Shown: positions 7,975 to 16,737 of the stretch, piece by piece
How the letters are laid out: each line of letters begins with the position of its first letter
How positions within the stretch are numbered: the stretch's first letter is position 1
Assembly: GCA_963726455.1 (NCBI GenBank)
Contig: CAVSCK010000003.1
Location: 32,001-96,000, forward strand
Reading direction: 5' to 3'
Length of the DNA stretch: 64,000 nt
Source: an uncultured bacterium
GTDB taxonomy: Bacteria > Zixibacteria > MSB-5A5 > CAIYYT01
The notes under the pieces: model-generated
What the model was told of the DNA's origin: nothing
The model's input: the letters and a program-made list of their open reading frames with translations, nothing else
Database searches by the model: none
Position numbers and translations under genes: made by a program

Positions 7975-10900
7975 TTACTTCATCAACACCATCTTGCGAG
8001 TCTCGCTCAGCCCGGCAGCATCCAGACGGTAGAAATAGACGCCCGTCGCCACGGCCTGGCCGCTCTGGTCGGTTGCATCCCAGGTTACGGTCATTGTGCC
8101 TGCGCCGAAACCGGTGTAATGCTTCACGACCTGGCCGCTCACGTTAATGACGCTTAGCGTCCACTCCGTCGGGGTCGGAAGCGCAAAGCTAATGTTCGTT
8201 GTCGGATTAAACGGATTCGGGAAGTTCTGTCCGAGGACAAAATCAGTCGGCAATCCAACCTTGTTGACGCGCGTATCGAGCATGTTACCGTAGTAGTCGC
8301 TGGCTTCCAAATGGGTTACTTCGCAGTTACCCGGAACACTGAACAGCTCAACGCTGCCGGCCGGAATGACCGCGCCCTTGGAAATGGAACTGATAAGGAT
8401 GCTCATCCGGTCGCCGTCAATTGACGTCTTGACGTCCATGTCGGCCAGACTCAAGCCCTTGAGTAATTCGGTGGCCGCCATGCCGTTTGTCTTCAGTTGC
8501 AGGTACAGACCGCCGATTTGCGTTGGAGATTCAGCAGTAATCCTGGTCATGCCATCGGTCTCCTGCACCCGGAAACTCGCTTGATCTCCAAACGGGGACA
8601 GCTTGGGAATCGGCAACGCGTCGCCGGTGATAATGCGCAGCATGTAGACCAAATCGCCTACTGTCAGGGTGCGGCCGTCATTGTTGATGTCGGACGCCGC
8701 GGTCTGCGCCGGGATCGAAAGCGTGAAAACGGAAATACCTTTCAAGAAGTAGTTGGTGTATAGCACCGCATCGGAAATCTCGTTGGCGACGCCGTTTAGG
8801 TTCATATCTCCGCGGGCATCGATAGAGTCATTGGCGATGATACAGATGAACCCGTTATGATAGTCGACGCAGCGAATCGGCACTTCCTTGCCGCCGATCA
8901 AGCATTCGTCGGGGGCGCCTACGCCCGGATAACGGCCCGTCTCCGGGTAGTTGATTTCATCAAACTCATCCCAGAGTACGTGTTCAGGATTGTAAATCAC
9001 CTTGTCGATCAGAAGCGTGTCACCGGTGACGGTCGAGACGGCGTTATCGCCGCAGTCGAGCCAGTAGAATTCCACCGGATAGGTCAGACCGGCAAAACTC
9101 GAATTCTGCGTGACGCGGAACGTCAACACGGCCACGGTACCTGTCGGACGGAACTGCGAGGCCGGAGGATGCGCGGCGCCGTTGTTCATGTCAGCGAGGG
9201 CAACGATTCGCACCATTCCGGACGGACAACCTCCGCCGCAATTGCCAAACGGTCCCAGGCGATATGTGAAATATTCCCAGCCATTGATCGCAGAGCCGAG
9301 ACTGGCCTGGATAAATGTGAAGGCCGTGACATCGTAGCCGATCAACATATCAAAGCCACCGATAGCAACCTTGCCCTGCTCGACGTTGATGTCGACTTGC
9401 ACCTGAGAACCGAGCGTGATACAAGGAGTCTGCTCGATGCTAACCACCATGCAGGCCGAATCGCAGCGGTCATATGTGACGTCGTAACTGTAAACACTGG
9501 TTGCGGTGTCATTGCATTGATTCACGCGATAGAAAGTAAAGTCATATTTCCGGCTTACATCAACGCGCGGCGAGAAGCAAAGCTGTCCGGTGCCACCGTT
9601 GTAGCCGAATGACCAGGATATTCCGGCGTCGCTCGGGACGACCGTGATCGTCGTGTTCAACTGAGGATCGGAGTAAGTAACATCCTTGCAGATGTTGCCG
9701 ATGGTATCACCGAAACAGACCACCGTATCCCCTGCCGGTGGCAGCACCACCGCAGGCGGTTCACTGATAAAATTCACCTGCCAGTTAACGGTGCCTGTGT
9801 CGGCTTTGCCGCAACTGTCGGAGACAATGATGTTCCAGGTGAAAGTACCGCCCGATTGCGGAGTAAAGCAGAGCTGGCCGGTCGCCGGATTGAGAACGCC
9901 GGGGCCGCTTTGCAGCGCATAAGTCAACCGGGCCATGATCGAATCTATGGCGGTTACGGTAAAGCAGAGTTGAGTCGGTCCGCAGACGTTTTGTGGAGTC
10001 AGCGTCGGCATCTGGATGATCGGAGTTTGATTGACAAGGACGTTGATAAGGTAGAGCGCCGTGTCTTTCGCTCCGCACGGATCGGCGGCTATGACGTTCA
10101 CCGCCCATTGACGGCGTCCTTCGCCACCCGACCAAACGCACAGGGTTCTTCCGACAATTTTGCCCATCGTAGAAGTGAACGTCAGATTGTCGTTATCCGG
10201 ATCGCTGACGTTAATCGGAACGCAAACCGTTTCGGGCGCGCAAAGCGTGAAGTTGCCGCCACCGGTTGTGATATCCGGAGGATGGTTCACGGTGACGACG
10301 GCTGTGCCGGTATCATAAGCGACCGCGCCGCAGGCGTCGGTTGCTTTGAGCACGAATTGATAGGTTCCCGAAGCGGGAGGCGTGAAGCAGATGCTAGTGC
10401 CATTATAGGTACCCGGGCCGGAAACCAAGATGCATGAACTTAAATCGCCGTCAGGATCGCTGCAAGATGCAGGCAGACAAATCTGAGAGGTTGTGCAGCC
10501 GCTAACAACGGTATCGCGAACCTGCGCCACCGGCGGGCGATTCAGATGAACGTTGATGAATGCCGTGTCGTAGGCGCTGACGCCGCAAAGGTCGGTTGCT
10601 TTCATAACAAATTGGAAGTTTCCGGTGGCCGTGGGCGTGAAGCAAATCTGGGTGCCGTTGAAGGTGCCCAGGCCGGATATCAACTGGCAGGACTCCAGAT
10701 CGTTATCCGGATCGGCGCAACCCGCAGGCCAGCAGATCTGAGTCGGCGCGCACAAGGTTAACGATGAATCGCGGCCGGCATAGGCAATCGGCGGTCGATT
10801 CAACACGATATTCACTACGACCGTGTCGCGCACGACACCGCCGCAATCATTGTTGGCATAGAAACAGAATATGTACTGACCGGCTCCCGTCGGTGTGAAA

Positions 10901-12219
10901 CAAAGTTTGTTGGCGGCGATGGAGCCCGGACCGCAATCCTGATAAACAGGAACGGGGCCGGAAGGCGTGCTCGCCGTCACCGGGAAACAAACCGGTTCAA
11001 GTTGGCAAATTTTGATCGTGGTGTCGGGAATCGTAACGATTGTCGGCGCGACATGCCAACGCACACGGTAGATGATGGTGTCGCGCGGGCAAGGCAGTTG
11101 CTCTCGCGGCAGCGGCAGCGAGTAACAGCACGAGTCGGACGCCATCACGATGAATCGGTACTCGGCGGAATCGACGGCATTAGGCAGGAAACAAATCCGG
11201 CCGGTCGCGGAATCGATTATGCCGGGGCCGCTCAAGAGAGTGTACTTGACGGCATCGCCATCGGGATCGGTGGCATTGACGACATCAAAGCAGAGCGTGT
11301 CGATGGTGCAGAGTAACGTATCGAGAAAGTCGGGATTGACTGTAAGAGTCGGAAGATTCTGGAAGACCAGATGCACATCAAACGTGTCGACCAGCGAATT
11401 GCCACCCTGATCGGTCAGACTGAATATGAAACGATAGTCGGTGATAGCATAAGAAGTCGGCAGGAAACAATAGCGATAAGACAACGGAGACGGACCGGAG
11501 GTCAGAGTGCTCGGCGTGCCGCTGATGATCTCGGCCAGAGTGAGATTTCCCACCCCGCCGGCTGCATGAATTTGGAAACAGATCGAATCGGGATTGCAGA
11601 CGCTGACATTGCTGGAGCCGTCGAAGCTGAGGAACAACTGGTTGGGATCCTGGAAGCGGACTTCCGCAATGTAGTCCTGGTAATCCTGATCACCGCCGTT
11701 CGGCAAGTCTTCCCACGCTAGCAAGTACTTGCCGGGAGTTCCGGTAGAGAACACCTTGACGTGATTGAACAGGTCCCAGTTGAGCGCTGCCTGGCTGAGC
11801 CAGGTGTCGTCGTACAGAGTTGGTCCCTCGTAGAAACCGATCGAATCGCCCAGCGGAGTAGTGAAGGTGGTCATCGAGCCGATGAGCGCACTTCCCCCGA
11901 ACAGTTGATTCTTGATATTCGGCGTCGCTTTGGAATACCAACCGAAAGCCGGGCTGGATGCCGAACTCCGGTATTTTAGCGTCACTTCTCCCGATGCTCC
12001 CCCTACCGTGGGGGCGAGCACCTGTAAAGGTACCTCGTCGGTGGCGACATTGATTGTGTAGCCAAGACTGTCTAACGCATTTTGCAGGGTGGGGCCACCG
12101 TTAAGTGCGGTCGCTTTCAGCGAATCGCTCCAGGGCGTCGCACCACCTGCGGCAAAAGCACTAGCGGTGGACAGCGCCAAGATCAGGGTTAGACTGGCGA
12201 GGGTCGATAAAACTTTCAC
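7975..12219 (-). CDS. Large Cys-rich secreted protein: DUF4114-like, cadherin/Ig-like repeats, cohesin-like, dockerin-like and FlgD/T9SS-like C-terminal domain
   Basis: GTG12219 follows GGAGAG and precedes a signal peptide. Motifs include LAWEDLPNGGDQDYQD, repeated DPDxD...ICFTP units, GGFDMLIGYD, RGDMNLNG..ISDAV/SDINNDG..TVGDLV and QNFPNPFNPTT...ATGVYFYRL...KMVLMK. Confidence 0.85.
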   Translation of the reverse strand: MKVLSTLASLTLILALSTASAFAAGGATPWSDSLKATALNGGPTLQNALDSLGYTINVATDEVPLQVLAPTVGGASGEVTLKYRSSASSPAFGWYSKATPNIKNQLFGGSALIGSMTTFTTPLGDSIGFYEGPTLYDDTWLSQAALNWDLFNHVKVFSTGTPGKYLLAWEDLPNGGDQDYQDYIAEVRFQDPNQLFLSFDGSSNVSVCNPDSICFQIHAAGGVGNLTLAEIISGTPSTLTSGPSPLSYRYCFLPTSYAITDYRFIFSLTDQGGNSLVDTFDVHLVFQNLPTLTVNPDFLDTLLCTIDTLCFDVVNATDPDGDAVKYTLLSGPGIIDSATGRICFLPNAVDSAEYRFIVMASDSCCYSLPLPREQLPCPRDTIIYRVRWHVAPTIVTIPDTTIKICQLEPVCFPVTASTPSGPVPVYQDCGPGSIAANKLCFTPTGAGQYIFCFYANNDCGGVVRDTVVVNIVLNRPPIAYAGRDSSLTLCAPTQICWPAGCADPDNDLESCQLISGLGTFNGTQICFTPTATGNFQFVMKATDLCGVSAYDTAFINVHLNRPPVAQVRDTVVSGCTTSQICLPASCSDPDGDLSSCILVSGPGTYNGTSICFTPPASGTYQFVLKATDACGAVAYDTGTAVVTVNHPPDITTGGGNFTLCAPETVCVPINVSDPDNDNLTFTSTMGKIVGRTLCVWSGGEGRRQWAVNVIAADPCGAKDTALYLINVLVNQTPIIQMPTLTPQNVCGPTQLCFTVTAIDSIMARLTYALQSGPGVLNPATGQLCFTPQSGGTFTWNIIVSDSCGKADTGTVNWQVNFISEPPAVVLPPAGDTVVCFGDTIGNICKDVTYSDPQLNTTITVVPSDAGISWSFGYNGGTGQLCFSPRVDVSRKYDFTFYRVNQCNDTATSVYSYDVTYDRCDSACMVVSIEQTPCITLGSQVQVDINVEQGKVAIGGFDMLIGYDVTAFTFIQASLGSAINGWEYFTYRLGPFGNCGGGCPSGMVRIVALADMNNGAAHPPASQFRPTGTVAVLTFRVTQNSSFAGLTYPVEFYWLDCGDNAVSTVTGDTLLIDKVIYNPEHVLWDEFDEINYPETGRYPGVGAPDECLIGGKEVPIRCVDYHNGFICIIANDSIDARGDMNLNGVANEISDAVLYTNYFLKGISVFTLSIPAQTAASDINNDGRTLTVGDLVYMLRIITGDALPIPKLSPFGDQASFRVQETDGMTRITAESPTQIGGLYLQLKTNGMAATELLKGLSLADMDVKTSIDGDRMSILISSISKGAVIPAGSVELFSVPGNCEVTHLEASDYYGNMLDTRVNKVGLPTDFVLGQNFPNPFNPTTNISFALPTPTEWTLSVINVSGQVVKHYTGFGAGTMTVTWDATDQSGQAVATGVYFYRLDAAGLSETRKMVLMK

Positions 12220-12556
12220 ATTCACTCTCCGGAAAGCGTGGGGTTCTTCTTTGCTCGCGCCATGCTCCAAAGCGTGCGCAGTTATAGCGTACTCAGGTAA
12301 GAGTTGGGCCTCGTTCGAGTAAAAGTTCACTTTAACTTCAGCCGCAAAAGCACAGCGAGAAGTACACTTACGCAGACGTGGCTAATATATGTATGGGGTG
12401 CTACAAAGTCAAGGTCTTTCGGGTGTTCGGGAATGTACTAAAACTATACATAACTTAAGGTTATGGATTGCAAGGGGTTCTCGTTCGGATAAATGCGCAG
12501 GCCCAGTGCGAATTGGGAGGGAGCGTGAAGGAGGTGCTGTCAAGAATGGAGGCGCA

Positions 12557-12594
12557 CCCTCACCCCCTGCCCCTCTCCCAAAGGGCGAGGGGAG
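12557..12594 (+). repeat. REP-like palindrome (CCCTCACCC..CCCTCTCCC-NNN-GGG(A/C)GAGGG family)
   Basis: The same motif recurs at 15892, 30806-31190, 32563-32932 and 34789. Confidence 0.8.
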
Positions 12595-12623
12595 AACCTA
12601 GATGCGTGTGAGCCGTCAGGAAA

Positions 12624-12773
12624 GGATTCCCGACGGCGCAATGTGATAGATATTCAGACGGCGCGGCATGATAGATTTTCTGACGGGTCGATGCGAATTG
12701 TTTTCTGGCGGCGCGAAGTGAATTGTTTTCTGAAGGTGCAATTCGAAAGATTTTCTGACGGCGTGACTTTGAA
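12624..12773. repeat. Degenerate 25-bp tandem repeat, 6 copies
   Basis: Core (GA)TTTTCTGACGGCG recurs with anchor positions 12632, 12657, 12682, 12707, 12732 and 12757. Confidence 0.8.
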
Positions 12774-12799
12774 GGTGTTGGATGCAAAAGACTGAAGCG

Positions 12800-14068
12800 T
12801 CAGCCCTCGAAGTTTTCGTCGTAGTCGTCTTTACGTTTCGAAGGGTAGATGCGGCGATCGGTTTTGGGAGAAAGGAAGCGTTCGATCTGAGTGCGGACGA
12901 ATTGAGGCAGCTCGCCGCTTTCAAATAATTTAACCAGACGCGCGCCGTTGAGTTGCGACACCTGCTCCCAGAAGTTCGCGCGCTTGAGCAGGAGTTCAAG
13001 TTGATCGCGCATTTCCTGTTCGGCCTTGTTGGTTGATGACGGCGGGCGCAGCGTGTCGCGGATGACCACTTTGAGCTGACGGTCAGAACCGATCAAGCGT
13101 TCGGCGCCGAATTGTTTGGCGAATTGGAAGATCAGTTCCTCCAGTTCGGTGAGTTGCTCATCGAGATTCTTCAGTTCGAGATTAATGCGGCTCCTTTCAT
13201 CGAGCAACTTCGCGTAGCCGTCGACAAGCTGCACTCCCTCATCCTGCTTGAATTCGCGCGGCTCCAGCTTGCGCACCTGTGCCAGATGCTTTTTGGCCGG
13301 ACAGATGTCGAAGTAATCGCACCAGTCGCACAGCCGCGATTCGCGGTACGGGAAGTTATTTTCATCGATGGCCTTCTCAACTTCCTGAATCAGGTGAATG
13401 ATTTCGATCTTGAGTCGTTCGAGGTCGCTCTTCTCGCGGGTGGATTTGATTTCTTCATCGAACAAGAGATAGTGCCAGATCAGTTCGACCTTCTCCGTGC
13501 CGTCCCACATGTTTTGCAGGCCGATCTGATACAGCGCAAGCTGGCGGTCGAGGTGCGCCTCCTGCAAGGTCGGCAGCGAGCGTTTGGTTTTGTAGTCGCG
13601 AATCTGCCAGACACCGTCCTCGGTTTTGGAGATGCGATCGATGTAACCCTGCAGTTTGTATTGTTTGGCATCGTCGAGATAGAGTTCGATGCGCTGTTCG
13701 AGGGCGATGGTCTTCTCGGTGTCGAACGGATGGAAATGATTCCAATAATCATCGAGGGCTTTCACACCTTGCCGATAGTAGTCATCCAGGGAGTATTGCT
13801 TGTTGACGATGAAGATGTCATCCGTCTTTTCCTTCGCCCAGGCATTGGCGAAGTACTTTAGGAATTTTTCCTTAGTCCACATCTTCCCCATGAGTTTGTT
13901 ATGATACAATTCCTCGAGAGTCTCGTGGACGATCACGCCAAGCAAGGCCTCAACCGAAGTGCGGCGTTCGATGTCCACCTTGTCGATGTACTGGAATTTG
14001 AATTTGAGCGCGCAGTTTTCAAAGGTTTCCAGCCGCGAATGCGAAAAGGTCATACGTGATTTGGCCAT
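12800..14068 (-). CDS. PD-(D/E)XK nuclease, RecB/AddB/Cas4-like, with 4-Cys Fe-S staple and C-terminal coiled coil
   Basis: SHSRLETFENC, G.IVHETLE, LEQRI...GYIDRI...IRDYKT, QLALYQ and C-terminal CDWCDYFDICP. Confidence 0.85.
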   Translation of the reverse strand: MAKSRMTFSHSRLETFENCALKFKFQYIDKVDIERRTSVEALLGVIVHETLEELYHNKLMGKMWTKEKFLKYFANAWAKEKTDDIFIVNKQYSLDDYYRQGVKALDDYWNHFHPFDTEKTIALEQRIELYLDDAKQYKLQGYIDRISKTEDGVWQIRDYKTKRSLPTLQEAHLDRQLALYQIGLQNMWDGTEKVELIWHYLLFDEEIKSTREKSDLERLKIEIIHLIQEVEKAIDENNFPYRESRLCDWCDYFDICPAKKHLAQVRKLEPREFKQDEGVQLVDGYAKLLDERSRINLELKNLDEQLTELEELIFQFAKQFGAERLIGSDRQLKVVIRDTLRPPSSTNKAEQEMRDQLELLLKRANFWEQVSQLNGARLVKLFESGELPQFVRTQIERFLSPKTDRRIYPSKRKDDYDENFEG

Positions 14069-14069
14069 G

Positions 14070-15753
14070 TCAGAGCTTTCCGGAGCGGAGAATAGCGATC
14101 ACCAGCCAGATGCCGAGCACACCCGCGGTGACAAAGCCAACCAGCCCCAACACTGGTACGCCGTAGACGCTCCAGCCGAAGGGACGGGTCATGATCAGTG
14201 AAGACGCCACAATCAGCGCGGCGATAATGAGTGCGAAGGCCAATCGATTCGAGGCCTTTTCCAATTCGAGGATGAACTGTTCGAGCCCTTTGTGATGGAA
14301 GGCAATCGACAATTCACCTTTGCGCAGATTACGCGCGATGCGGCGCGCCTCAAAGGGAAGGTTGATCAGCACATCGCGCAGATCGACCATATAGCTGGAA
14401 ATATCCGAGACAATGCTGCCGGGCTGGAATTTGCGCGTCGAGAGCTTCTTGATTGAAGGGAGCAGCTCGGTCACGAAATCATATTCGGGATACAGGAGAC
14501 GCGCAACTTCTTCATAGGTCATCAGCGCTTTGCCGAGCATCATGAGTTCGGGAGGAAACTTAATTTGATGCGTGGTCATGATATCGAAAGCATCCCCCAT
14601 CAACGCGCGGACATTCAATTTAGAAAGCGGGACGCCGTGATAGCGATTCAAGAAGAGCGCCAGATCACCCTCGAGCGCAGCCGGACGGACCTCATCGCCG
14701 AAGAGTTCATGGTTTTGCAGTACGCGCACCAGACGGCGAGTGTCGTCGGAGGTCGCAGCAACCAGCAGGTCGGCAACCAATTCCAGCGAGCCGTGCGAAA
14801 GTTTGCCCATCATGCCGAAGTCGACCGGCGCAATGCGATTGCCGGGGAGCACGAAGAGATTGCCCGGATGCGGGTCGGCATGGAAGAAACCAAATTCGAA
14901 AATCTGGCGGGCAAGCAGTTGACCACCCGCGCGAGTTACCGCGACAGGATCAATGCCGGCTGCGCGCAGCTTGTCAACCTCGGATATCTTTATGCCATCG
15001 ATAAAATTCATCGTCAAAACGCGCGAGGTGGAAAGATCCCAACGTACCTTCGGGAGATAGATGCGGGGATCATCGGCGAAGTTGCGGGCGAAGACCTCGA
15101 GATTGCGCGCTTCGTACATGAAGTCAACTTCCTGCTTGGCGGATTTCGCGACCTCATCGATAATTCCGACCGGATCAAACGGACGCGTTTCCACGACATA
15201 GCGGTCAAGCAGAACGGCGAGGTCGCGCAAGATCGACAGATCCTTTTCCATGATCTGTTTGACATTGGGGCGCTGAATCTTGACGGCGACATCTTCGCCG
15301 GCGAGTGTGGTGGCGCGATGCACTTGCGACAGCGACGCCGAGGCGACCGGTTCGGCGGAGAACGTTTGGAACAGCTCGTCAACCGGTTTGCCGAGTTCCT
15401 TTTCGATGATGCGGTCAACCTCATCACGCGCGAATGGAGCGACTTGATCCTGCAATTTCGATAGTTCGATGACAAGTTCGGCGGGAATCAGGAATGGGCG
15501 CGTTGACATGATCTGCCCCATCTTGACGAATGTCGGGACCGAGTTCCTCGAGCGCGAGACGGATACGCTCCGCATAACTGAGAGCGGCGATTTCCTGCTG
15601 GCGCGCGAAAAGCTTCCGGCTACCGATCTTGAGGTAAGACGCCATGTTCATGCGATCGAGGATTTCGCCGAATCCATACTTGATCAGGACGGCGATGACC
15701 TGACGATAGCGTCCGATGTTGCGGTAGGTTTTTTGAATTTCCAGGTACGGCAT
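14070..15753 (-). CDS. ubiB: UbiB/AarF/ABC1 kinase family protein (frameshift near 15545)
   Basis: RLALEELGP/TFVKMGQ, ASASLSQVH, VAVKIQRP, FFHADPHPGN, DFGMMG and two C-terminal TM helices. Confidence 0.85.
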
Positions 15754-15815
15754 AATTCCACAATGGCGCACCCGCGCCGGTTGACCTTTTATCCGGTAAA
15801 GCTACGCAGATTGAC

Positions 15816-15929
15816 GCGAGGGCACAATGGAAAAGTGCATGTTCACCCCCGGCCGTTCTCTCAAAAGGCGAGGGCACAATGGAAAAGTGCACCCTCACCC
15901 CCTGCCCCTCTCCCAAAGGGCGAGGGGAG
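15816..15929 (+). repeat. REP-like element with a degenerate 52-bp tandem copy
   Basis: GCGAGGGCACAATGGAAAAGTGCA occurs at 15816 and 15868, followed by an intact REP at 15892. Confidence 0.7.
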
Positions 15930-15942
15930 ATTGTAGGCGCGG

Positions 15943-15974
15943 AAAGAAAGAGGGCGGATGTTTGGCATCCGCCC
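15943..15974 (-). terminator. Intrinsic terminator of the beta-barrel gene
   Basis: GGGCGGATG-N5-CATCCGCCC hairpin, then TCTTTCTTT on the minus strand. Confidence 0.75.
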
Positions 15975-16002
15975 GGATGAAATCGTCTGGTCGATTAGGC
16001 AG

Positions 16003-16605
16003 CTACGGCAGGTTGAAGATTACGCCGCCGCAGAGAATCGTGTACTTGGTGGCATCGCCGGAGGAATTGACGCGGCCGATTTTGCCTTCGACAAAGAGAT
16101 CGAACGGGAAAGCCGGGATCGCGGTCTTGGCGCCGACGACGACATGATATCCAAAGTAGGTTTTGTCATCCGGAATCTTGATTTCGACGTTATTGAAGCC
16201 GCCGAGACTGCCGGTGTAGGAATAAGTGAATTTGTGCGCACCAACGCCGGCGCCGACGAACGGCTGTATGATTGGGAATTTGAAATAGAACTTACCGGTA
16301 GCGGTCAGAGCCATATCGCGGGCTTTGACGTCAACATCGTTACCAAGCAGATTGAAGGTCTTCTTGTTCCAAAAGGTCTCGACACCGGCTTCGAGAGTCA
16401 TCCCCTGCCCGCCGAATTTGACAAAGCCGCCATAATACTTGAGGTCGTCCATCTTGTAGGTGGACAGTTTGAGATTCGGGTTGTCGTAGTTGGTGACGAC
16501 GCCGGCCTTGAGGCCAAGTCCCAGCCCGGTGATAGCGCCGGCGGAAGTTGTAAGCGCCAGCAATGCCACGAGCGTGAACAGACTGATTGTGGTTATCCTA
16601 TTCAT
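16003..16605 (-). CDS. Outer-membrane beta-barrel domain protein (8-stranded OmpA/OmpW-like)
   Basis: Signal peptide, GLKAG, PFVGAGVGAH, FVEGK and a terminal GVIFNLP. Confidence 0.75.
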   Translation of the reverse strand: MNRITTISLFTLVALLALTTSAGAITGLGLGLKAGVVTNYDNPNLKLSTYKMDDLKYYGGFVKFGGQGMTLEAGVETFWNKKTFNLLGNDVDVKARDMALTATGKFYFKFPIIQPFVGAGVGAHKFTYSYTGSLGGFNNVEIKIPDDKTYFGYHVVVGAKTAIPAFPFDLFVEGKIGRVNSSGDATKYTILCGGVIFNLP

Positions 16606-16669
16606 TGCGTCCTCCATCTTCTATTGTTGGACTAATATCCCTGAGCGTCTGCGAAGGCAGACTACAAGA

Positions 16670-16707
16670 ACCCGTTCGAGGACGCGGCATGTCGTCCTCG
16701 AACGGGT
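16670..16707 (-). terminator. Hairpin after the FN3-repeat hydrolase gene
   Basis: 15-bp perfect inverted repeat ACCCGTTCGAGGACG/CGTCCTCGAACGGGT, 30 nt after the stop codon. Confidence 0.7.
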
Positions 16708-16737
16708 GGTACGTTTCGGAAAGCTATCTAATTGAAA

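Noticed and set aside
12624-12773. 25-bp array as a canonical CRISPR beside a Cas4-like gene
   Set aside because: The total period of 25 nt is too short for repeat plus spacer, the units are degenerate, and there is no cas1 or cas2.
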